A stretch of 64,000 nucleotides of DNA, taken from the NCBI GenBank assembly GCA_040954595.2, contig JBECUI020000026.1:62001-126000 (forward strand), given 5' to 3'. A program made the translations under genes and the position numbers. Below the pieces are notes generated by a model. It saw only the letters and a program-made list of their open reading frames with translations, did no database searches and was not told where the DNA came from. This document shows, in pieces, positions 54,603 through 64,000 of the stretch. Each line of letters opens with the position of its first letter. Within the stretch, counting starts at the first letter, position 1. This stretch comes from Balanoglossus misakiensis (Eukaryota > Animalia > Hemichordata).

Positions 54603-54677
54603 ATGCTGCCTGAAATTGTCTGCATTTCAACTCGGGATTCTCTTCCTCGTCTGGGGCGAGTTTAAGACCGCTCAATG
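54603..54677 (+). ncRNA. Putative non-coding exon E1, copy B
   Basis: Same splice signals as 48117-48191; four substitutions. Confidence 0.6.
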
Positions 54678-55854
54678 GTAAGCATGACTTGCTGTATATT
54701 TGCTTTTATCGGGCGTGGCACAACCGAAACAATAGGAAACAATGTATGTCTACGAACTAATTTACACCTTCCAGTTATCAATACTTTTTTCCTTCGAATT
54801 CTAGCCTCGATTGCCTGTGATATGATCGTGATGACATGAATTAAATGGTCAAGTTCAAATCTTCATGTGAAGCATAAATTAAATTTGGATGCATTTCCTT
54901 AACCATATAGCTAGAAATTACTCCCATACCAATACACGGGGAGATACCGTAATTTTGGCTGAAAGTGTGCTAGTCCAACACTATGCTTCATCAAACTGGC
55001 TAAGAGATCTATTATTATATATAGACACATGAAGGAAAGTAATGTTGTTTATAGTGAAATAAAACAATACCTTAGGCCACAAAGAAAAATATAGATCACG
55101 ACACAAACAGGCTGGAGTTTTTTTCAAAAATGTGTGCATAAGATCATATTGGCCCATGGTAATCAAAGCCAAAGCAGCCCAGTTCCAAATTCGAAACTCA
55201 GCTCAGTACCAGAAACTTGCTCAAAGCTACCAAATGCACAGAAAGTTTTGAGAATCTAGATGAAAAATCACCAAGCGACTAGTGCGCTTGTCTATGTTCA
55301 ATGTGTCTTCCCTGGTAACAACATGTACTTCTGCCACCATGCCATGAGATATACTGACAGCCACGTTTGAAACATTTTAGTATACTGATATTCAAAGTTT
55401 AAATGTAAAGGCTTACTTTTCTATAGTAAAATAAATGTTTTATAATTGCCAACAATTTACATTCTCGCGCTAACCAGTTGTATGAAAAGTGAGGTGGATC
55501 AAATGTAAGTTTCATTTTCACAACAAACATTAAGAAATCATTGTACAGTGTTACGTAGATGTCAAAGTGTGTGTACACCTGTCGTTTACAGATATGATGT
55601 CAGTTTCACTTGTCACCTAACTGCCATGTTTGTGGTATACCCATGTGGACCACTTTACTGCAGTACTGATGTAAATGGAGTTTCAAGATCGCTGTTACAG
55701 ATTTCTCTGATTCGTATTCCACGTACATTATCGCAGCACAGTCTGACCCTATATTATACCATGTTTTGCATATTTTCACTAATTAGTATGGCCCAAATAA
55801 TTCTAAAGCAAGGTTGATTGGTTACTAATTGATAAGCATATATTTGATTCACAG

Positions 55855-55927
55855 TCTTAAACACAGCATTTCAACGTATGCCGGAGGAGGAAGAGAATAC
55901 CTAGGCCTGATCCAAGACCGCTTTCCG
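55855..55927 (+). ncRNA. Putative non-coding exon E2, copy B
   Basis: Identical over 73 nt to 49119-49191 while the flanks have diverged. Confidence 0.6.
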
Positions 55928-56361
55928 GTAAGCACAACTTGCTGTATACATGCTCCATAGCTTGTTTGTAAAGGCTACCTTTTCCCATCAAATAGTGAAG
56001 TCGCCCTTTCAAAATTATGGTGGTGGTATTAAGCCACAACTGGTTATCATGGAGAGCCCCATATAAACTTACCAGCCCACGCTAGCCATGACTTTACAAA
56101 TGTTTCCGTCATACTATGCAGAAAATTCTGGCTGCCTTAAATAGGTTTTCACTTTGCGCTAGGGGGTCAAATCACATTGCATTCTGGGCGAAAAGTCTAC
56201 AACCCACTGTAGTAAGAGGTGGAAGAAATGATACATTTTGTGTATTTCATGCTTTGGTCAAACATGTCTGTCTCCGTAGTTAGCATATTAAACTCATTAA
56301 ATGTTTTTCACATTTTGTTATTTTGTCTGTTATGACCCATTATCACTTTAGCTTTAGCTTA

Positions 56362-57144
56362 GGCTCCATTCACAAACACCTCTGGATGGGGGGGGGGGAG
56401 AATTCAATTTTTTTACTGCTAATTTTCACATGCCCCCCCCCCTGTACACAACCCGAAATATTTTCAAATCCCCCACCCCCTTCTGAACTGCCAAAATTTT
56501 AAAATCCCCCCCCCCCATTTTCTTTCACAGAGCAAAACACATCACTTATCTATCTTGTAAAAAAGAAAAACAGCGCTCCCATGAAAAGACTTTGAAACTG
56601 ATGTTTCCCCTCATCAGTGGGTATTAAAACTGAACATGGTTTTTATTTTTTAAGTATTTGTATTCTGTGTTGGGAGACATTGTAAACCGGGAATTGAAGG
56701 GGGTGGGTGTGGGAAGGGGTGTCCCCCTCCCACGTAAGAAAATTTTATAAAATACAGAGCTCAAAGCTGCATTTTTATGAACCCGGCAAAAGCAAATTAA
56801 CTCAACTACCAGTATGTTGGGGAGGATAAATTTAACCGTCGCCGCTCAAAGTTATCATGGGGTGGGGGCAAGTCCCCTGACATGGGACACTAGATAAACC
56901 AGTTAATGATTGAAAGGTGTTGATGAATGGAGGGGGGTGGGTGTGGGAGGGGGTGTAAAATAAAGGGCGCGAAACTGCATTTTTGTGGACTCAAAATAAA
57001 TATTTAGTCGTCAAAGTTTTCAAGTCCCCCCTTTCAGTCCCTAAATTATTTCAAATCCCCCCTTACATACCTTCAATTTTTCAAATCCCCCCCCCGCTCA
57101 ATTCTCCTGCCCCCCCCTCTCCAGAGGTGTTTGTGAATGCAGCC
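56362..57144. mobile_element. PIF/Harbinger-type non-autonomous element (783 bp)
   Basis: 25-bp TIRs GGCTCCATTCACAAACACCTCTGGA (24/25 match); TTA duplicated at 56359-56361 and 57145-57147; empty site TAGC-TTA-TGAAC at 49841-49852. Confidence 0.95.
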
Positions 57145-57840
57145 TTATGAACTCCCATTTCTTTAACATGGCAAAAATCGGCCATCAATTGTCGACCATA
57201 TGAGATTTTCATCACTCACTTAGGGTAGCTTAAGGGAGAATTGTATAGGCATGACTTGGGCTGTAAATTTGATGAAATAGCTACATGCCTATTGTTAACA
57301 AGCAGCTGACTGTACTGAAAGAATGGAAGTGTTGTGTACCTATTTTACATATTCAATATTTGTAATTAGACCATGTCATGTATATCTTGGGGATTGCTCG
57401 ATCGCAATGTCTCTGCTGGTACAATGTCCTTTTAACTTGTACAGTAATATGGTAGTGATTGTAAGTTTGTGTACGGCATTTGTAAGTTATTTTCAATTTA
57501 TAATTTTTTTGTAAGTTTCTTCATTCTCAAATTGCTTGCCTAACGTACTGCTTTAAAATTTAAATTTTGGTATGATTTTGAGTAGACTTTTTGTTTCAAA
57601 ATTATTTTCGACACTTGACATTTTTGGGTGATATGATTTTACATGGAAAATCTGATTTCCCTGTAATTCGGTTGACAGGATTTTCACAATATCTCTAAAT
57701 CATGAAGTACATGTATCAGAATTGCATCAGGCCCCCAAAATTCTAGTCGCCCTTGGCAAGTAATATTAGCCATTGTTGTCCAAGGACGTTGAAGGTACAA
57801 TTGGTTTTTAAACTTACTGTGTAGGCATTTTATCAGAATT

Positions 57841-60800
57841 ATTAGGTCCCATTTGGTGCAGGTATATGTATTTATACCATGGGACCTTATGGGATCAGTT
57901 GCACCTGTATATATGGATGTCTGTATGGATGTTTGTCTGTATGTCTATCAATATCAAACACTTGGAAACCACTGGCATGTGACCTTGATATTTAGTGTGG
58001 AGATGCAGGCAGGGCATTAAGTGGGAGTTGTCAAAATGAAGTTGTCATTGCCAAAATATGCAAATTAGCTGGGAAAGTGTCAAATTCGTCCAAACTCGGG
58101 AACTCGACAACTACTGAGCAAATTGCTTTCAAAATTGAAAATTGGTATTCCTGTAAGTTATGTTAACCTCACACAGTTCTATATGTTGTGAGGTAATGTG
58201 AATTTTCGATTTTTTATGTATTTTTTGTCTCTTTCCACATTATCGGTAGAAAATCTGCTTTTCTGGAATTGATCAGCTGACTTATTTGAAATTTAGTATG
58301 AAGCTTCATAGGTGATCTGAGTTATCATAGTTTTGTAAGGTCCCATTTGCTTTACCATGGGACCTTATGATATCGGTGGATGTATGTATGTATGTCTGTA
58401 TGTCCGTCCACATCACAAACTTGAAAACCGCTGGGCATATGACCTCGATATTTGGTGTGTAGATGCAGGCCAGGCTGAAGATTGGAGTTTGTTCAAATGA
58501 AGCTGTCATTGCCAAAAATATGCAAATTAGCTAGGAAAATGTGAAATTGGTCAAAACTCAAACTCAACAACCACTGGTCACATTCATTTGAAAATCAGTA
58601 TGCATGTACCTTATGTCTACCTCAAACAGTCCTGTATGTTTTGAGCTAATATGATCGATTTTTAATTTTTTATGCCAAAAATCTTTTATGCATTTTTTGT
58701 ATTATTCCACATTATTGGTAAAGAAATCATCATTTCTTAAAGTTATAGGCCTCATTCTTTGAATTTTAGTATGAAGCTTTTAATGGTTGTCTGAGTAACC
58801 AAAGTTTTGTTCAAATTGTTGAAAAATTTGCATATTTTAATTTTGAGCAATTTTTGCCACTTTTGGTCATTTTTTTTTACTTTAAAACTGCATGCCAGAT
58901 TGATTTGGTAGGCATATTCCTAAGGGTAAACTGAGTAAGATGTTGTAAAAATGTTTTAGTATATATTGTGTTATTGGGGAAGGGGGGGGGGGGGGGGGTT
59001 ACTCAAACATTTATAACACCCAGCAACTTTTGGTACTGGCAGGGTTTGTCCTCCAATGATTTCAACATCCTGCTAGGAATACAACCTCTCCTCAACTTTA
59101 TAAATATAGGGCATGACATTGCAGGTTTTTTGAGAACACTGTTTAAAATAACCCTCATCAAGCCTGTTAACTTATTTAGACAGACTATTATCCAGAATGA
59201 AACGAAACATGGATGCAATAAAAAGATCTTGTGCAATAAAAACCAAGTTGATCATAACAATTATTTGCTAAGTACAACATGTACATCACTAATAGAAGTT
59301 ATGGCTATAAGCATAAACCTGTTTGTTTTGCTATCTTCACTATTCATATTATCTGACTATATTAATACATTTGCAAGCATACTGTTTCAGACATAGCGAA
59401 TTTGATAAACATCTACAAATATATTTTTACCTGTTGAAGTTATCAAAATCCAGACACTTGACAAAAGGACATTTTTCATCCCCTCTATAGATTGATAGTC
59501 TAACATAGCAGGCAATCTGTTTTTAACAACTGCAGAAGCCTTCATAAAAAGTTGTTGGCCAGAATGAAAGCTTAGGGGGACGTAGGATTTCCTACTTTTT
59601 AGGTTATTTTTTCTATGGCCCCAAAAAGCTATGACAAAAAATTGATGACCCCCTTGGAATTTATAATTCCCCCCCCCCCCTATCATACCCTGTCCATATT
59701 CTTATAAATGTCAATAAATGCCATACAGTCCTGTATGTTTTGTTTTGAGCTAATATTATGAATTTTCTATTTTTATTGTTTTGTCTTTTACTGCATTATT
59801 GGTAAAGAAAAATCTTCCTTTCTGAAAGCCATAGTTTTTGTTCAAATTGCAAATTGTTGTGAAATTGGTATATTTATAATTTTGAGCAATTTTGTAATTT
59901 TTGCTCAGAATGCAGATTCCTAGGGGGGTAACCCAAGTAAGGTGTTGTAAAAGAATTGTTTAAAAAATAAAAATATATTTGTAGATGGTTATCAAATTCG
60001 CTGTGTCTGAAAGCGCTTGTCAGATTGCTTTGAACTTTGACAGGAATGTTCCTTGTAGTGATTTAAGTAAGATGGTGTACAATTATAGTGATTTTTGCAT
60101 ATTTGTGTTTTTGCCACTTTTGAACAAATGTAGTTTTGTTTAACCCCCATCTTACCCTATCCATATTCAAATAAATATGAAAAGAAATTTCTCACAGATA
60201 TTATTTACTTTGATAATACTATCATTTGTGCAACATCTAATCAATCAAACAGTCAATAATCATAAATTGGGAGTTCAAAAATATCTATAAGGGAGATTTA
60301 AAACCCCGTTAGCAACAACTGTTTGCCATGTTTTCAGTATTAATGTTTTGTGTAGCTTCTGCAGTTTTTAGGTCCCATATGGTATGTACCATGGGCCTTA
60401 TGGAATCAGTTGCGTCTGTATTTATGTATGGATGTACTGTATTTTCGCGAGTTAAATTTTTCGCGATATCGAGAGAGGCCACTGTTTCGCGAGTATTAAT
60501 TTTCGCGTTCTCTTATTTCATTCACTGCATCGTTATCTTCAAAAACAATTTATGCGACTTTTTATTTTCACGTTATTTTGGCTCTCGCGTATTTGGCGAA
60601 AATTAATTGCTCGCGAAAATAAAGTGTTTTACAGTATGTCTGTCTGTTTGTATGGATGTATGTCTGTATGTCCGTCCACATCTAAAACTTGAAAACCGTT
60701 GTGCATATCACCTCGATATTTGGTGTGCAGATGCAGGCTGGGCTGTAGATTGGAGTTTGTTAACATGAAAATGTCATTACCAAATATATGCAAATTAGCT

Positions 60801-60990
60801 GGAAAATGTGAAATTGGTCAAAACTCGCAAAATTCAACAACTGCTGGTCAGATTGATTTGGAAATTGGTATGCAAGTACCTCATGCCTACCTCATACAGT
60901 CCTGTATGTTTTGAGCTAATTTTGATTTTCTATTTTTGATGCATTTGTTTGTATTTTTCAACATTATTGGTAAAAAATCTTCATATGAAT
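57841..60990 (+). mobile_element. Second stack of HINE-like elements; starts at ~57841, 58335 and 60366, plus a fragment at 59720-60135
   Basis: AGGTCCCAT...ATGGG(A)CCT hairpin + (TGTA)n + shared body (TGCAAATTAGCTGG..AAATGTGAAATTGGTCAAAA). A further fragment lies at ~63340-63830. Confidence 0.7.
60437..60634. mobile_element. Tc1/mariner-type MITE (198 bp) inserted in the HINE microsatellite
   Basis: TA|CTGTA...TACAG|TA; repeated TTTTCGCG/CGCGAAAA motifs; the (TGTA)n tract continues on both sides. Confidence 0.75.
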
Positions 60991-62331
60991 CTAAAATTAC
61001 CGTCGAATCATCCAGTGTGAGTTAGCACTGTAATTAGCAAAAGTTATAAATCCACAGTTACCCAGCAAATTTGATATAATGCTTCACATAGGTATTGGTT
61101 TTGAACATCCTTCAGAAAGGGTATGAATATTTTAAAAATTTTACTGTTGCAACCCAGACTAGTTTATTTCTGAATAAACAGAGAAATGACAACCGGATAG
61201 ATTATTCTTCTGTACTAAAGACATATGCAGACACAAGAAATAGTCTGAACATTTTCAGTACATTACTAAAACAGTGTAGGTACATTGTACTATAAACTGA
61301 GGAAGATTAGTGACTATTGTTTGCCAAAAATGGTCCCAAGTCATTTCTCAAGCATAGCAGAATAGTAGCTTTGAGTAGCAAAGTGTGATGATTTAAAATG
61401 TAAAAGGACAACACCAATCTCTAGCTCTGCTCTCAGCACTGCAAAAGTTATCTGACAGGTAGATAGATGTTCAGTCATCCTATGTCTGTCAACATTTTTC
61501 TTTTCTGAAATCACTGGCGCAAGTGCTTTTAAAATTGGTGTGCAGGTTTCTTGGGGTGGCGAAGTAATGTGTGTTCAAATTGTGTTGAATTCTGCATATT
61601 TGTAGTTTGGAACAAGTTTTTTGCTGTTTTTGGAAGAAAAAAGCTAAGCTCGTAGATTACTTTGACTATGCAGGTTTCTAGGTATGACACAAGTTGTTTC
61701 TTCAAAATATGGTGAAATTTGCATATTTGGGGGGAAATTTTCTCTGAAATTTAGTATTGATCTCCCTGAGGTATATGACATAATCTGTAATTTTGTATTT
61801 TGGAGACAGTTGCCTTTTTGTACAAACAAAAAATCTTGTCAGAATATGCATGTCTGATTGCCATGTCCACAGGGTTGATCTACTTTTATTTACATTATAA
61901 CCGAATCTGTAAAGTTTTCATAATGATCTTTAAAATAGGTACGTCTAATTGTTTTGATCTTTGGTATGAATTGTCCCTTGGTGATCTTAGTCAATGCTTT
62001 TGAAATTCCGCTGAATATTGCATTATTATTTTGTCTGAGTCTGAAGAGTAGTCATCATCTCTGAAACCCCTTGACCTAAGTCAGGTGTCAAATAGTACAA
62101 TTTGCAGATTTGTTGCATTGGAGATATTGTTGCAGTTTTTGAAATTCAAGATGGCTGCCAATGTCTGTGTTAACTCTATGGAAAAACATTTATGTAAATA
62201 CTTTTCTGAAAACAAGGCGGTGAACATCACATTTTTGTTTACAAACAGTAATAGAAATAGCTATCATTGTTTCTGAAAATCCTAACTTGTAGGATTCTTT
62301 TTCAATCTCTGGCATCAGCAGAGACAATTAA

Positions 62332-63064
62332 GGTGGCATTGCATGAAAAGTTGTGATTTTTGCCAAATTTTACTTTTTTACATAAATCGGTAGGCCTAAT
62401 ACTCACCCACATCCTGACTAATACGTCTTGGCGGAAATGGTGCACAATCACCCCCAAATAGCACTTTTCTGAATGAGTTCACAGCTTAACAAATAGGTGT
62501 CAACAATGCAAATGGCCGTTTTTCTCGGTTTGCATTTTCGCTGCTTTTGACAACTTCGGACTAAAATAGCTTCGCCCTGCATTGGCCGAATTTGCTCAAA
62601 TTTTGACAGGGAATTGTGTATGACCCATCCAACAAAACGCTAGTTTTGTATGTCGATAAAGTGTCCCTGGCGGGAATAAACTCTGATTCAATACAACTCA
62701 CCGTGAATTTGATCAAATTTTCAGAAAATCTAACTTTCAAACGCTGTTACTCCTCAATGGAAGCAGATAACGCAAAACAAAATTAGCGTTTTTTTGCACG
62801 TGTACTTAAGTTTCGAATGACATATTAAGATGCATGATGCATGGTCAACTTTTTTACCTATTTTAAATTTCATGACATAATATCAAAAAATGGGTTTTTT
62901 CGCCCAAAATTGCCACCATTTCCGGGGATCAATAATATTTGTAACTCAAACAAAAGTTCAAAATCTCAGCTTCCAGAATATATATGGTTTATGGGGGTTT
63001 AAACTTTGTCTTTGATGAGAAATAGGCCTCTGAAAAAGTCTCGACGGTTTCATGCAGTGCCACC
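62332..63064. mobile_element. Non-autonomous Kolobok-type DNA transposon (733 bp)
   Basis: TTAA|GGTGGCATTGCATGAAA...TTTCATGCAGTGCCACC|TTAA (16/17 TIR match). Confidence 0.92.
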
Positions 63065-64000
63065 TTAAACAACTCTATAAAAAGTCTTATTGCTTAGTAC
63101 TGGCACGAGGTGGTAAAAAGATGTGCAGCTTTTGACTTATTACAGGCTTACACTTTGTTAGTAATATGAGTCCCTATTGGTATTGTGCTGGGTTTTTAGG
63201 AGCTTGGGCCCCATTCCCTGGATATTTTTTACACCTTGCTCTGAAAACCTGCCACACCTATGCTTCTTCAATTTGTCACAGTTGTCCTTGCCAATGAGTG
63301 TGCACCTTGAAATTCAAATCAGTCATTTGACCTGGCAGCCATATTCAGTTGAAATTGTTAAATAAATGCAAATTAGCTGGGAAAATTTGAAATTGGTCAA
63401 AACCACTGGTCAGATTGATTTGACAATTGGTATGCAAGTACCTTATGTCAACCACATACAGTCCTGTATTTTGAATAGTTTGAATGTTCTATTTTTATGC
63501 ATTTTTTGCCTTTTTCCTCATTTTTGGTAAAACATCTACTTTTCTAAAATTGATGAGACGACTTCTTTGAAATTTAGTATGAAGCTTCATATAGGTGATA
63601 TGAGTTAGCATACTTTTGTTAAAATGTTGCAAAATTTGCATATTCATAATTTTGGAGCAATTTCGGCCGTTTTTGAATTTTTTTTTTAAACCGGTTGTTA
63701 CATTGCTTTGAAATTTGTTAGTCATATTAGGGGTAGCCCAAGTAAGATTTGCATGTATGTTTTTCAAATCAACTTGATGAATTGAATAGTATATTTTTGG
63801 GATGATTTTTGCCATTTTTGGTCAAAACTCTTCTCAGAACCCCCCACAGTACGTGAAATATCCCATGAATCACTCTGGTTTGTACAACCAGAGATTACTC
63901 GGTCAAACCAGGCAAAGTTCACATGTGTAGAGAAAATTGTAGACCACTAATACAAATTTTGAGAGCATGCTTTAAAGGCGAATCTTATTGTCAATTACCA

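Larger units (their letters stand above)
48069..58980 (+). repeat. Local direct duplication: copy A ~48069-51780, copy B ~54555-58980 (offset 6486 bp at the start)
   Basis: Colinear at roughly 90% by eye over the first ~2.5 kb (e.g. ORFs 50048 and 57323); copy-specific TE insertions. Confidence 0.92.

Noticed and set aside
54828-54962. Intronic C/D box snoRNA (GTGATGA...CTGA)
   Set aside because: The C box is not conserved in copy A (GTGATGT), the region is interrupted there by a MITE, and no terminal stem or rRNA guide is recognisable.
58990-59570. Decayed minus-strand RT fragment (…GCYKCLS resembling YKYLG; IFVDV resembling F.DD)
   Set aside because: The motifs are too degenerate to call without a profile search; it remains possible.

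Overview
Eukaryotic, AT-rich, non-genic-looking window. The repeat families suggest a marine invertebrate animal (inference; species cannot be assigned). Bases 1-23908 are the edge of a ~78-bp tandem satellite with nested higher-order repeats, and all ORFs called there are artefacts. The remaining ~40 kb is a patchwork of dead or non-autonomous transposons. These include two LINE fragments, an intron-containing ZNF862-like hAT transposase pseudogene, TTAA/Kolobok-type, Harbinger-type, hAT-type, P-like and Tc1/mariner-type MITEs, a 4-kb foldback element inside a 9-bp-TSD mini-element, and stacked Helentron-like (HINE/DINE-1-type) elements. It also holds one probable host coding exon (37338) and a ~6.5-kb-period local duplication. 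The most unusual signal is five short paralogous + strand exon-like cassettes (47137-55927) with near-identical splice flanks and no long ORF. Their bodies are mutually complementary, so splicing would assemble a long RNA hairpin, and all four substitutions between the duplicate copies preserve pairing. This is a candidate spliced, structured non-coding RNA. All alignments were done by eye.
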